From Bryobacterales bacterium (GTDB taxonomy: Bacteria; Acidobacteriota; Terriglobia; Bryobacterales; UBA6623): a DNA stretch of 64,000 bases. The notes below the pieces were generated by a model. The model was not told the DNA's origin. It made no database searches and saw only the letters and a list, made by a program, of their open reading frames with translations. The position numbers and the translations under genes are program-made. The stretch is taken from contig CAXXUI010000002.1 in the NCBI GenBank assembly GCA_963662745.2, positions 1,927,622 through 1,991,621 on the forward strand, written 5' to 3'. This document shows positions 30,346 through 40,328 of this stretch, piece after piece. Position 1 is the stretch's first letter, and every line of letters starts with the position of its first letter.

Positions 30346-30891
30346 ATGGCGAATTCGGAGTCGAGCCAATCCTCCCAATTGGTTGGCAGCCCCTCAAGGT
30401 TGAGGGACGACAGTTGGGGCGTTCGCGTGCGCGGCGAGGCGCAGCCCGGCGACAAGGTCGAAGTCAAGACCCGGTCCGGCAAGTCTTGGCAGTCCACGGT
30501 CGAGTCGATCGTGTGGTCCGGCACGGACCGGGAGACGGGTGGGCCGATCACACTGTGCCGGATGGAAGGCGACAAGAAGGCCGCCTCGAGCGGGGGGCAG
30601 TCCACCGTGGCGCATCCTTTGGTCGCCGCGGGCAAGAAGGTCGCCCGGATGGCGAGCCGGATGTCCAACCAGCAGAGCGACAGGAATCGGCAGGGGCTGT
30701 TCGAGGCCATGCGCGCGCTTGGCAGCCACTTAGGGATTCAGGTCCAGATGTCCGGGGCGGGCAGTCCCGCTGTTCGGGACGCTTCGGGAGGGGCTGCCGC
30801 TGGTCCTGCTGACCGAGGAGCTGCGCCGGCGCCCAACGATTCCGACGATCCGGGCGAGTTCAACGGCGACCCCGACGACGTACCCTTCTAG
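30346..30891 (+). CDS. hypothetical protein: small beta-rich N-domain, low-complexity linker, acidic DDVPF C-terminus
   Basis: The ATG at 30346 is preceded by AGGAAGGAAGGA at good spacing, and third-position GC is high. No family was recognised. It ends ...EFNGDPDDVPF. Confidence 0.6.
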   Translation: MANSESSQSSQLVGSPSRLRDDSWGVRVRGEAQPGDKVEVKTRSGKSWQSTVESIVWSGTDRETGGPITLCRMEGDKKAASSGGQSTVAHPLVAAGKKVARMASRMSNQQSDRNRQGLFEAMRALGSHLGIQVQMSGAGSPAVRDASGGAAAGPADRGAAPAPNDSDDPGEFNGDPDDVPF

Positions 30892-31154
30892 GTTCTAGAG
30901 CGCCGCCGCCCGGAGTTCCCGGACGCCGAGCCTCAGCCCCTGTCGTTCTCGGGCTCGCCGCTCGGACGGGGGCAGCCTGCTGCGCGCGGGCCAGCCCAGG
31001 CTTGGGCCCCTCAACTTCGGAATCCGACAAGCGCTTCCATGTCGGTTCCTTGGCATAGTTGCGGGTGTAGCCGTGTCGGATTGCCTGGGAAGGGCGAGTA
31101 TACTGGGCCCGGCGCCGCCTATTGGCGGGCGGCGGTGTGACTGAAGGAGGAATC

Positions 31155-34100
31155 ATGTGTTTCTTGAAGCAGCTCGCCCAGGTGCTTGCAGTGATGGTGC
31201 TAGCGGTGCCACTGCTGCTCGCCCAGCAGTCTGGATTGACCGGTTCCGTGGCAGACACAACCGGAGCTGTCATCGTCTCGGCCGACGTGATCCTGACGAA
31301 CAGCGACACCGGCGTAGTGACCGCGACCCAGACCAACGAGTCCGGCGTGTTCAATTTCACTCTGGTGCAGCCGGGCAGCTACGAGCTGCGTTGTGAGTCC
31401 GTCGGCTTCAAGGCCTATCAGCAGTCCGGCCTCGTGATGGAGACCGGCCTCACCAAGACGGTCACGCTCCGGCTGGAGATTGGCGAAATCACCGAGACCA
31501 TCGAAGTGACGGGCTCGGTGCCCATATTGGAGACGGAGAACACCACCGTGGGGCAGTTCATCGAGCGCACCACTGTCGCGCAGATGCCCGTCGGCAGCCG
31601 CCAGGCCGGACAGCTCATCAAGCTGGCTGGCAACGTGACGTTCGCCAATTCCGGCGGCGGCCTGTACGACCTTCCGTTCTTCTCGATGGCGGGTGGGCGG
31701 TCAAGGAACCAGATGTGGCATCTTGACGGTGGTGTCGTTCAGAACATGGCTCTCGGCATCGCCCAGCTCAACCTGAATCCTCCAGTGGAATCCCTGCGGG
31801 AGTTCAAGGTCGAGTCCAACAACTATGCCGCTGAATTCGGCCGCACGGGCAACGGCCTCATCATCATGAGCACTCGGTCGGGGACCAACGAGCTGCACGG
31901 TGCCCTCTACCACAACTTCCGCAACGACAAGCTCGACGCCAGGACCTTCTTCGCGCCCCGCGTCGCGCCCCTCCGCTACAACATCTTCGGCGGCTCGCTG
32001 GGCGGGCCGATCCAGCGGGACAAGTCGTTCTTCTTCGTCAACTACGAAGGGCAGCGCCGCAGCGACGGCCTCACCATCGCCAACACCGATGTGCCGCACC
32101 CGATCGAAGTGACCGGAGATTTCTCGAACCGCAGCGGCTTCGGACTCAAGGACCCGCTCACCGGCGAGGCGTTCGCCAACAACCTGATCCCCGCCAGCCG
32201 GATCGACTCACTCGGCAGCGCCTTCGCGGCTCTGTACCCGGCCCCCAACGTCAGCAGCCCCTTGGCCTCGGCTCCCAGAGACAACTACGTCAAGAACGTG
32301 GCCAACAAGGGCGTGTCCGACTTCACGACGGTCAGGGTCGACCACAACTTCGGTCCCAGCGACCGCCTTTCGAGCCGTTTCAGCTACGTGTCCGCTCCGG
32401 CCGAGATCCAGCCGGTGTATCCCAACGAGTTCGCCGACTTCCGCGGAGCGAACCAGACGAGGTCCAATCTCGTGTCGACCTCGACATGGAGCCACAACTT
32501 CACCACGACGATGGTCAACGAGTTCCGCTACACGTTCGGGAACCGGACATTCACCACCCGGGGCCTTGGCAACGGCAGCGGCAAGAACGGCGAGCTTGGC
32601 GTGCCGAACGTCGACCCAGAGTTCTTCGCCACGGTGAACTTGGTGGGCTACACCCGCCTCGGAGCCGGCAACCAGGAGCGCATCCAGAAGCCTATCCGAA
32701 CGCACCAAGTGGTCAACAACACCTCGTGGTTCAAGGGCGCCCACAGCGTCAAGTGGGGAGTGGAGTACCGCTACTCGCGCAATCAGGACGACTTCAACCA
32801 GTTCGCCGGTGGCAGCTTCACCTTCAACAACCGGGCGACCGGGGACGCGCTGGCGCAGCTGCTGCTCGGCTGGACCACGCGTGGCCAGCTGGTGGACACC
32901 GACATCCTCAACACCCGCAGCGACTACTGGGGCTTCTATGTCCAGGACAGTTGGAAGGTCAACGACCGGCTCACGCTCAACTTGGGGCTGCGCTGGGACC
33001 TCGACACGCCGCGCTGGGAGCTCAACGACCACCAGAGCGGATTCGATCCGTACGGGACCAACCCGGCCTGCGACTGCCCGGGGGCGATGCTGTTCGCGGC
33101 CCGCAACGGCCGCAGCAGGTACGCCCACGACATGGACCTGAACAATTTCGGGCCCCGGATCGGGTTCGCCTACCGCGTCGGCTCATCCACTGTGATCCGG
33201 GCGGGCTACGGAGTGAACTACAACGGCGTGTACGCCCGGGCGGTACCGTTCACGCAGTTCTGGACCTTCTCCCGAACGCTCGACATCAACTCGCCGGACG
33301 GCGGCTTCACGCCGGCCTTTCCGCTCTCCAGCGGGCTTCCGGCCGTGGCGCCGTTCACCGAGGATGACCGCGTCGCCTCCTTCGGCGCGGTCACCGAGGG
33401 CCGCCGAACGGTCTCGCCGGACTTCTTTCAGCAGAACCAGGAGAACGGCCAGTCGCAGCAGTGGAACTTCACAGTCCAGAAGCAGTTGCCGGACAACATG
33501 CTGCTCGAGGCGCAGTACCAGGCCAACGTGGCTCACCGCCTCGGCGGGCCGGACTACAACCTGAACATGATCCCCTTGGCGGGCGGTCGCGGTCCGGAGT
33601 CGCAGAGCCAGGCCCTGCGCCCGTTCCCGCAGTACAACAACGTGCAGCTTGAGAGCCCTGACTGGGGCAACTCGACGTACCACTCGCTGAATCTCAAGGC
33701 GGAGAAGCGCTTCTCAAGCGGACTCAGCTTCCTGTTCAACTACACGTGGTCGAAGTTCATCGACGATGTCGAGTCGGCCAACGAGCTGGGCGGCGAGCAG
33801 AACAACGGCTACACCCACATCGCGCTGCGCCACTTGGACAAGGCGCTCTCAGGCAACGACATCCGCCATCGACTGGTGGCGAGCGGCGTCTACGAGCTTC
33901 CAGCCGGCAGCGGCAAGCCCTGGTCTCCCGACAACCCGGTGCTGCAAGGCGTGTTCGGGGGTTGGAGCCTCGGCGTAATCGCGGAGCTGCGTACCGGTTC
34001 GCCCTACGGGATCATCGAGCAGACCAATCGCAGCAATGCCTTCAGTCACGGTCAGCGTCCGAACCTGCTGGGGCCTCACCAGCTGTCCGGCGGCCGCTCC

Positions 34101-34409
34101 AAGGCGGAGCGGCTGGTCCGTTGGTTCGACACCTCGCAGTTCGAGGCGCCCGGTGTCGGTGTTTTCGGGAATTCTCCGCGCAATGTCTGCTGCGGCCCCG
34201 GATTCAGCGTTATCGACGTTTCGGTGCAGAAGAAGTTCCAAGTCACCGAGCGGGCACGCCTTGAGTTCCGCGCGGATTTCTTCAACTTGGCCAATCACGC
34301 CAACTTCAATATTCCTGAGCGGCGGCGTGGCAACGCCGGGTTCGGAAGGATTCGGGGCACGATCGGGACAGGCCGTCAGACGCAGCTCGGGTTGCGTCTA
34401 GAGTTCTAG
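31155..34409 (+). CDS. TonB-dependent receptor with N-terminal carboxypeptidase-regulatory-like domain
   Basis: The ATG at 31155 is preceded by GAAGGAGG, followed by a signal peptide. It has GSVADTTGAVIVSADVILTN...GSYELRCESVGF (CarboxypepD_reg-like), a plug region, and a C-terminal ...GRQTQLGLRLEF ending in Phe as in outer-membrane barrels. Confidence 0.9.
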   Translation: MCFLKQLAQVLAVMVLAVPLLLAQQSGLTGSVADTTGAVIVSADVILTNSDTGVVTATQTNESGVFNFTLVQPGSYELRCESVGFKAYQQSGLVMETGLTKTVTLRLEIGEITETIEVTGSVPILETENTTVGQFIERTTVAQMPVGSRQAGQLIKLAGNVTFANSGGGLYDLPFFSMAGGRSRNQMWHLDGGVVQNMALGIAQLNLNPPVESLREFKVESNNYAAEFGRTGNGLIIMSTRSGTNELHGALYHNFRNDKLDARTFFAPRVAPLRYNIFGGSLGGPIQRDKSFFFVNYEGQRRSDGLTIANTDVPHPIEVTGDFSNRSGFGLKDPLTGEAFANNLIPASRIDSLGSAFAALYPAPNVSSPLASAPRDNYVKNVANKGVSDFTTVRVDHNFGPSDRLSSRFSYVSAPAEIQPVYPNEFADFRGANQTRSNLVSTSTWSHNFTTTMVNEFRYTFGNRTFTTRGLGNGSGKNGELGVPNVDPEFFATVNLVGYTRLGAGNQERIQKPIRTHQVVNNTSWFKGAHSVKWGVEYRYSRNQDDFNQFAGGSFTFNNRATGDALAQLLLGWTTRGQLVDTDILNTRSDYWGFYVQDSWKVNDRLTLNLGLRWDLDTPRWELNDHQSGFDPYGTNPACDCPGAMLFAARNGRSRYAHDMDLNNFGPRIGFAYRVGSSTVIRAGYGVNYNGVYARAVPFTQFWTFSRTLDINSPDGGFTPAFPLSSGLPAVAPFTEDDRVASFGAVTEGRRTVSPDFFQQNQENGQSQQWNFTVQKQLPDNMLLEAQYQANVAHRLGGPDYNLNMIPLAGGRGPESQSQALRPFPQYNNVQLESPDWGNSTYHSLNLKAEKRFSSGLSFLFNYTWSKFIDDVESANELGGEQNNGYTHIALRHLDKALSGNDIRHRLVASGVYELPAGSGKPWSPDNPVLQGVFGGWSLGVIAELRTGSPYGIIEQTNRSNAFSHGQRPNLLGPHQLSGGRSKAERLVRWFDTSQFEAPGVGVFGNSPRNVCCGPGFSVIDVSVQKKFQVTERARLEFRADFFNLANHANFNIPERRRGNAGFGRIRGTIGTGRQTQLGLRLEF

Positions 34410-35512
34410 GGCCGTGGGGCCGCCGGGGCCGCGTAGGGCGCGGCTTTGGTGGCTTGGCGAGACGGGAGTCCCCGCTCTCGGGCCAAGGCTTGAAAGAAGC
34501 GTACGGCCTCCCGTTGCGCCCAGAATCTCTCGGGCCCCTTGGCGAGGAATGCGACATGCCCGCCGTGCCGCGGGCTTAGGAGCCGCAGGCTGTCGTTGCT
34601 GCGGAAGGCCGGCAGGTCGAACGCCTCGAAGGGCACGAAGGGGTCGTCCCGCGCCTGGATCACCAACGTCGGAATCCTTACCGCGTGGAGGAAGTGCGCC
34701 GCCGAGCAGTTCCGGTAGTAATCGGCGGCGTCACGGAACCCGAACGCCGGGGCGGTCACGGCCTCGTCGAACTCCCAGATCGACCTCACTTGCTCGGGAT
34801 TGGAACCGGGGATCGCTCCGGGCATCACGGAGCGCTTTCTGCGCACGGCGGCTCGCAGCTGTCGCAAGAAGCGCAGTTCATAGACGAGGTTGCGCGGCCG
34901 GCCGATGTTCTTGGAACACATTGCGAGCTGGACGGGCGGGGAGATGGCGCATACGCCGAGCACGTTATCCGGCGGCTTCGCACCCCACTCACCGGCCAGC
35001 TTGAGGGCTACGTTGCCGCCCATCGAGAAGCCCGTGAGGAACACTGGTCGAGGCGCGAGCTGCCGGGCTACGGCGTCTAGGTCGGAGGTCAGGCCCGAGT
35101 GGTAGAGCGTCGGGCAGAGGTGCTCGGTCCCGCCGCAGTTCCTCATGTTCATGCGGGCCGAATCGAATCCCCCGTCCAAGGCGGCGCGGGCCGTTGAGAG
35201 CATGTAGGGCGCGCGATCGCAGGCCGTCAATCCGTGCAGGGAAAGCAGGATCGGCCGCTCCGCTTCGCGCCGGCTTCCTAGCTGCTCGTTCCAGCGAACT
35301 AGGACGCTGGTGCCGGGTTCGGTGGCGACCAGCCTCTGCTGGCCCGGGTGAGTGGTCTCGTCCAAATCGCGCGGCCAGTAGCGACCCAGCACCGTCTGCA
35401 GGTCGCCGTTGCGGGTCAGGGGCCGGAATGGCGAGCGCCACGTGTCGCCGTGCAGGACGCTGCTTGCGCCGTGGCGGCAGAAGTGACCGGCAGCTGTTTC
35501 AGCGAGCGGCAC
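34406..35512 (-). CDS. alpha/beta hydrolase (YheT/ABHD1-3-like)
   Basis: GFSMGGNVALKLAGEWG is the nucleophile elbow, LSLHGLTA the oxyanion region, and IQARDDPFVP is also present. It has a GTG start. Its stop shares a CTAG with the convergent TonB-receptor stop. Confidence 0.8.
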   Translation of the reverse strand: MPLAETAAGHFCRHGASSVLHGDTWRSPFRPLTRNGDLQTVLGRYWPRDLDETTHPGQQRLVATEPGTSVLVRWNEQLGSRREAERPILLSLHGLTACDRAPYMLSTARAALDGGFDSARMNMRNCGGTEHLCPTLYHSGLTSDLDAVARQLAPRPVFLTGFSMGGNVALKLAGEWGAKPPDNVLGVCAISPPVQLAMCSKNIGRPRNLVYELRFLRQLRAAVRRKRSVMPGAIPGSNPEQVRSIWEFDEAVTAPAFGFRDAADYYRNCSAAHFLHAVRIPTLVIQARDDPFVPFEAFDLPAFRSNDSLRLLSPRHGGHVAFLAKGPERFWAQREAVRFFQALARERGLPSRQATKAAPYAAPAAPRP

Positions 35513-36077
35513 TGGCCGGTTCGGCGAGCAGCACCGCGAGTTCCTTGCGCAGGTTGTTGACTTGGTCGTTCCAGAACGCCTGATCCGTGCCGCGGTGCTC
35601 GTACCGGATGGTGCCCGACCGATCGATCAAGAGCATGTAGGGAACGTATGCCCGTGCCATCACCGACAGGTCGGCAAAGCGCATCCATTCGGACCGGTTG
35701 GACACACCGAGCGGGAACTCCACGCCGTGGTCGGATTGGAACTGACGGATGTTGCCGGGCGCCATGGGGTTGACGGCCAACGCAAGAATCTCCAATCCTT
35801 GGCCCCTGAGCTCCCGGTAGACGGGCCGAAGTTCCTCGCAAGTGTGCTGGCAGTGCGGGCAGTCCGTGGACATCCACAGCACGGCCACCACTTTCCCTCG
35901 GAGAGCGGACAGCGAGACGGTCTCCCCCGCCACAGTCTTGAACTCCAGTTCGGGGGCCTGTCGCGGTACGGTGCCCGCCTCGACCGTCATCCAGTACGGC
36001 GCGGCCACCGAGACGCACACCGCAGTCGCTGAGAGTGCGACAAGCAATCTGGCTAACCGAGTAGATCGAAGGTTCAT
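35499..36077 (-). CDS. TlpA-like thioredoxin-fold protein (redoxin), secreted or anchored
   Basis: It carries the WMSTDCPHCQHT CxxC motif in a redoxin-like context. The ATG at 36075-36077 gives the signal-like MNLRSTRLARLLVALSATAVCVSVAA. It overlaps the downstream hydrolase start by 14 nt. Confidence 0.8.
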   Translation of the reverse strand: MNLRSTRLARLLVALSATAVCVSVAAPYWMTVEAGTVPRQAPELEFKTVAGETVSLSALRGKVVAVLWMSTDCPHCQHTCEELRPVYRELRGQGLEILALAVNPMAPGNIRQFQSDHGVEFPLGVSNRSEWMRFADLSVMARAYVPYMLLIDRSGTIRYEHRGTDQAFWNDQVNNLRKELAVLLAEPASAAR

Positions 36078-36428
36078 GACTACCGTCCGCGGGACTTGCA
36101 GGCGAATATAGCTGCCCGTCTCGAACAGCCGTGCCAAGCCCCGTCAAGGCGAGTCTAGCACAGGCCGGCGCAGCTTGAACTCGCCCGACGCGTCCGTCCT
36201 AGGCCACGCTCAACGCAACGCAGAGGGTCACCGCGAAGCCGGAACCAGTCGGGCAGCAGCCAGGTCGTTCGCTTCAGTGCGGGCGGCGCCGGGGCGGGCC
36301 CTGTGCTGAAGTAACGCCGCTGCTTCCGTGAGCGCGGCCCAAACCCTCCTGAGCCGGCTGGTCGGTCAGCCGGGCTTCCCGGACGGCAGGGAGAAGGCCG
36401 CCCGGGCAAAGTTCCGGCGAGCGCGAAT

Positions 36429-38303
36429 CTAGCGCGACACGACCGACTCGGCGTAAAGCAGGTCGCCCGTCAGGCCGTCGTAGTACTGGAAGACTGCTTG
36501 AGGACTCTCGTACGCCACCCAGCGGTCCCCGGTCTCCAGCGGGTTGTTGAACACGTTGTTGACCTGAACCACGCAATAGATCGGGCGCCGTCGCCACTCG
36601 TTAGGCGTGTCATTGAGGATGAAGCTGGACCAGCGGATCTCCGTCTCGCGCCCGAACGAGTCATGCATCCCGGACTTGGGCCGGTTGCCTTCAGATCGCA
36701 ACGGGTGGTTCGTGGAGTTGTGCGGCCCGGAAGCGAACTCCCAGACCCGGTCCGAGACCTTGATGGCGAAGCTGTTGTGCAGGTCCCCGGTGAGGATGAG
36801 AACCGGCTTGCCCAAGCTGTCCCAGAACTCGATCATGTCCTCTCGCTCCCAGAGGAAGGCGGTCCAAGCGTCGTCCTTGTTCGATTCGGAGATGTTGGCC
36901 GTTCCGGTACCGCCGACATGCGCGATCGAGAAGTTCACCGAAGAGACTACGAAGAAGAAGTCGGCGTCGGAGGACCGCATCGTCTCTTTCACCCAAGCCT
37001 TTTGCCGCTCGCCCAGCATGGTGCGGCCTTCCCGGTCTCGGTCCCTGGTGTCATGCATCATGCGGTAGGACCGAGTGTCGAGGTAGACGAACTCGGCGTT
37101 GGAGACCCGAGTGCTGAAGTACGAGCGCCTCCCGATCGAGTACGTAGGCGTGCCGTCAGCGACCGCTGGAGGCCGGATCCGCAGGCGGTTCTCGTCCAGT
37201 ACCTCCACCACCTCATAGACTTTGGAATTCGCGTCCCCGCCCTCATCGTCCGCGTCGCTGCCGTCCGGATTGGGCGGGAGGAGCATCATGGCCCAGTCGG
37301 GCGTGCCCCAATGCACGTGCAGAGTGGATTCGGTGTCAAGGCCGGTGAAGTCCGCCTCTGGATCGGTCAGGATGTCGCTGCCGGCCTCCAGCTGGGCCGT
37401 GCCGTAGACAATCTCCGGCGTCTCCGGCATCGGGTTGCTCCACGCCAAGTAGTCGTACCAAGCCCGCGTGCCGACATCCCGGAATACCGCCCGCCGGTTC
37501 CGTCGCCCGACTTCGCCAGCTCCGTAGATGTCGTTGAGCAGCTCGTGGTCGTCGAAGGTGTAGTAGGACGGCACGTTGCGATGCCACGCCCTCAGGTTGG
37601 CACCATTGTTGTAGAAGTTCTTGTAGTTCTGCCAGACGCCGGCGATCGACGGCATCAGCGACACCACGCGGGGAGTGTCGTCCTCGCTGGTGGCGGTCTC
37701 GGCCTTCCATTGGTCCGCGGAATAGCCGCGCGAATCGTTCTCGTACAGCCAGTCCCCGTCGAGGATCGCGAAGTCGATGGAGCTCTTCTCCGCATCGCTC
37801 ACCAGCTCGCGAAGCATCGTCCCATGCGTCAGCAGCGCCGGCCCGATGGGGCTGCCGCTGGGGTTCTGATTGTTGCCGCAGGCGAACTCGAAGCGGAAGT
37901 TGAACAGGCCTTCCGGATTGTGCTCCGACCGCATGGCCTCGCCGTCGGGCAGCGTGTGGAACGTTCCGGATCGCTCCTCAAGCCCGCGCGGACTGTCGCC
38001 CACCGCGATTTCGTAGTAGTACTTCGTGCCGGGCTCAAGCCCTTCCAGCAGCACCCAGCCGGTGTTGTCATCCTCCAGCGCGGTGCTGCCGGTGGCTTGC
38101 TTGGCCAAGGCGGCGGGCTCTGTGCCTAGGAACACGTTGAAGTCGCCCGGCTGCGAGGTGCGGGCCCACACGCCCACATGCGTTGCACCCAGCCGGCCCA
38201 GCACCGGGCCGTGCGTGATGGAGTAGGGCGCGGAAGCGGTCTCGCCGCCGCAGCCCCACGCGATCATCCAGATTGCGGCGGGAAGAAGAAGTCGACGCAG
38301 CAT
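36429..38303 (-). CDS. PhoD-like phosphatase (alkaline phosphatase D family metallophosphatase)
   Basis: A PhoD_N-like HGPVLGRLGATHVGVWART is followed by the metallophosphatase motifs ILDGDWLYE, YTFDDHEL and LTGDLHNSF. I prefer the ATG at 38301-38303. The listed TTG at 38348 is an alternative. Confidence 0.85.
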   Translation of the reverse strand: MLRRLLLPAAIWMIAWGCGGETASAPYSITHGPVLGRLGATHVGVWARTSQPGDFNVFLGTEPAALAKQATGSTALEDDNTGWVLLEGLEPGTKYYYEIAVGDSPRGLEERSGTFHTLPDGEAMRSEHNPEGLFNFRFEFACGNNQNPSGSPIGPALLTHGTMLRELVSDAEKSSIDFAILDGDWLYENDSRGYSADQWKAETATSEDDTPRVVSLMPSIAGVWQNYKNFYNNGANLRAWHRNVPSYYTFDDHELLNDIYGAGEVGRRNRRAVFRDVGTRAWYDYLAWSNPMPETPEIVYGTAQLEAGSDILTDPEADFTGLDTESTLHVHWGTPDWAMMLLPPNPDGSDADDEGGDANSKVYEVVEVLDENRLRIRPPAVADGTPTYSIGRRSYFSTRVSNAEFVYLDTRSYRMMHDTRDRDREGRTMLGERQKAWVKETMRSSDADFFFVVSSVNFSIAHVGGTGTANISESNKDDAWTAFLWEREDMIEFWDSLGKPVLILTGDLHNSFAIKVSDRVWEFASGPHNSTNHPLRSEGNRPKSGMHDSFGRETEIRWSSFILNDTPNEWRRRPIYCVVQVNNVFNNPLETGDRWVAYESPQAVFQYYDGLTGDLLYAESVVSR

Positions 38304-38362
38304 ACGTATCGGAGAGGGTAGCAAACGCCCGGCCCGCCGGGCTCGCAACCGGCCGGCTGCCG

Positions 38363-38752
38363 TCAGATGCGTCCCTCCGTCAATTCGCGCACGATCCGCT
38401 CGTCACCCTCCAAGAAGTCCAGCTCCGCGAGCCCGTCTCGGGCCTCCCATCGAGACTCTGCGAACTGCGACGGGTCGATCCTCCCCGAATACCGCCCGAC
38501 GGCGAAGAAGACGAGCCGGATCGGCTGCTTGCCCGGGTAGGAGAAGTCGTATTGCAGGCACTCGCGCAGGTCCGCGGCTTCGACGGAGAGTTCCTCCCGC
38601 AATTCCCGGATCAGCGCCACGCTCGGACTCTCTCCTTGCTCCACCTTGCCGCCTGGGAACTCCCACTTGCCCGGATGGAGCTGGTCCGCCCGCCTCCTGC
38701 AGACGAAGATACGGCCGGAGCGCCGGATGAGGCCGGCCGCCACCACGGTCAT
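38363..38752 (-). CDS. NUDIX hydrolase (MutT-like 8-oxo-dGTP diphosphatase family)
   Basis: 129 aa from the ATG at 38750-38752. The Nudix box is GGKVEQGESPSVALIRELREELSV. It has a 4-nt overlap with the upstream glycosylase gene. Confidence 0.85.
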   Translation of the reverse strand: MTVVAAGLIRRSGRIFVCRRRADQLHPGKWEFPGGKVEQGESPSVALIRELREELSVEAADLRECLQYDFSYPGKQPIRLVFFAVGRYSGRIDPSQFAESRWEARDGLAELDFLEGDERIVRELTEGRI

Positions 38753-39384
38753 CGCTTGGCCCTGCCCGTCCGCTCGTCGACGCTTCGCCAGCAGTACCAG
38801 CTCGCGACGCTGGCGTAGGGCCGCCAAGGCTGAGCCAGCTCGAGCGACTCCCGCTTGCCGGGCGGTGCGTCCAAGCCGTGGAACCGCTGCAGTGCTTGCC
38901 TGACGCCCAGATCGCCCCACGGCAGCACGTCAGGACGCCCTAGGGAGAAGATCAGGAACATGTGGGCCGTCCACTCACCGATGCCGCGCACTTCAATGAG
39001 CGAGCGCGTCACCTCGTCGTCGGGCATGTCCGCGAGCGCATCCAGATCCGTCTCTCCTTCCAGAACACGCTGCGCCAGTCCGAGGACGTACGACGCCTTC
39101 CTGGCCGAATACCCGATCTGGAGCAGACGTTGCTGGCCCAAATCGCTGACGCTGCCGGGACAGATCGGCGCGGGGGCGAGCGCCGAGGCAAGCCGATTCA
39201 CGATGGCCCGCGAAGCGGCTGCCGAGATCTGCTGCGACGTGATCGATCGGACCAGCATCTCGAAGCCGTCGGGCCGGACGGTCAGCCCGCACGGCCCGCT
39301 CCGGCGGATGAGCCGCCGCATGTGCGGGCACGCGGACTCCAGGTGGCGTTCGGCAACTTGGAGCATCTCGCTGTGGTCTCTCAT
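38749..39384 (-). CDS. HhH-GPD family DNA glycosylase (3-methyladenine glycosylase II-like)
   Basis: It has LIEVRGIGEWTAHMFLIFSLGRPDVLPWGDLGVRQAL (helix-hairpin-helix plus catalytic Asp) and VRSITSQQIS. ATGA overlaps occur at both ends (39381-39384 and 38749-38752). Confidence 0.85.
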   Translation of the reverse strand: MRDHSEMLQVAERHLESACPHMRRLIRRSGPCGLTVRPDGFEMLVRSITSQQISAAASRAIVNRLASALAPAPICPGSVSDLGQQRLLQIGYSARKASYVLGLAQRVLEGETDLDALADMPDDEVTRSLIEVRGIGEWTAHMFLIFSLGRPDVLPWGDLGVRQALQRFHGLDAPPGKRESLELAQPWRPYASVASWYCWRSVDERTGRAKR

Positions 39385-40325
39385 GCCAGTTCGTGCAGGC
39401 TGACTGCCAAGCCTCCTAGAGCGTAGGCTCGCAGCAGGGCTCCGGCTGGGCCGTCCCAGAGCGGTGTGCCCAAGCTGAACTGCTCGGCTAGGATGCGGCG
39501 CTCGAACGCGGTGCGCAAGATGCAGCTTGAGAAGACGCCGCCAAGGGCGTATACCGGCAGCCGGACGCCGCGGGACGGAAGCGCCCGGGCCGCCCGCAAG
39601 GCCAGCACCGCCAAACGGTTTCCGGCTTGGCTCAGCACTTTCCGAGCGCTGGTGTCGCCGTGGTTGGAAGTTCGGTCCACCTCGGCAGCCAAGCCTGCGA
39701 CGCGGTCTCGCGGCCAGTCGGGACCGTAGAGAAGGTGCAGCGCTTCGTTCACTGAGCCGGCTCCAGTCGCAGCGCGGAACAGCTTGCTCAAAGCAGTTCT
39801 GCCGCCCCAGCCCTCTTCATCGGCGAGCGCCTTGCGCAGGGCTTGTCGGACGATGTCGAAGGCCGCGCCGTCGTCTCCGAACAGGTAGCCCCATCCGCCG
39901 CAGCGCGAGACGGCGGACCCGTCCTCCCTTGCCAGCGCGATGGAGCCCGTCCCTGCGATGACGGCGATTCCCGGCCCGCCTCCCGTGGCCCCCTCGAGGG
40001 CCACTTCGGCGTCGCTAACGACGTCAGCTGCCTCGCAGCGGGCAAGTCCGGCTGCGGCACTGACCGCTTCCGGGAACAGGCCGCTCAGGCCGAAGCATGC
40101 CGCTCGAAAGCGGGTGTTGGCCGGCAGGCCAGCCGACCCTGCGGCCGTGGCGATCAAGTGTCGCAGCGTGCTCTCCAAGTCGGCCTTGGCCGGAGCGGAC
40201 ACGGGATGCACGCAGGGCCCCCCGCTGGAGCGTCCCACGATGCGGCCGCAGGCGTCGCCGACGGCCGCCTTGGTGGAAGACTGCCCCCCGTCGACGCCCA
40301 AGAAGTAGGGCCCCACCGCGTACAC
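39381..40325 (-). CDS. BadF/BadG/BcrA/BcrD-type ATPase (N-acetylglucosamine kinase-like)
   Basis: It has the N-terminal FLGVDGGQSSTKAAVGD phosphate-binding motif, IAGTGSIA, and a typical length of about 310 aa. It has a GTG start. Confidence 0.75.
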   Translation of the reverse strand: MYAVGPYFLGVDGGQSSTKAAVGDACGRIVGRSSGGPCVHPVSAPAKADLESTLRHLIATAAGSAGLPANTRFRAACFGLSGLFPEAVSAAAGLARCEAADVVSDAEVALEGATGGGPGIAVIAGTGSIALAREDGSAVSRCGGWGYLFGDDGAAFDIVRQALRKALADEEGWGGRTALSKLFRAATGAGSVNEALHLLYGPDWPRDRVAGLAAEVDRTSNHGDTSARKVLSQAGNRLAVLALRAARALPSRGVRLPVYALGGVFSSCILRTAFERRILAEQFSLGTPLWDGPAGALLRAYALGGLAVSLHELA

Positions 40326-40328
40326 TCG

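Noticed and set aside
31079-31110. Promoter-like TTGCCT ... TATACT upstream of the TonB-dependent receptor, and a GCCGCC-TATT-GGCGG hairpin just before its RBS
   Set aside because: The hexamers are only 12 nt apart. The hairpin is short and GC-rich like much of the background, and I saw no riboswitch-like conserved core.
34406-34409. Convergent genes (TonB receptor and alpha/beta hydrolase) sharing a palindromic CTAG for both stop codons
   Set aside because: It is real but trivial. A 4-nt tail-to-tail overlap is a compaction curiosity, not a functional element.
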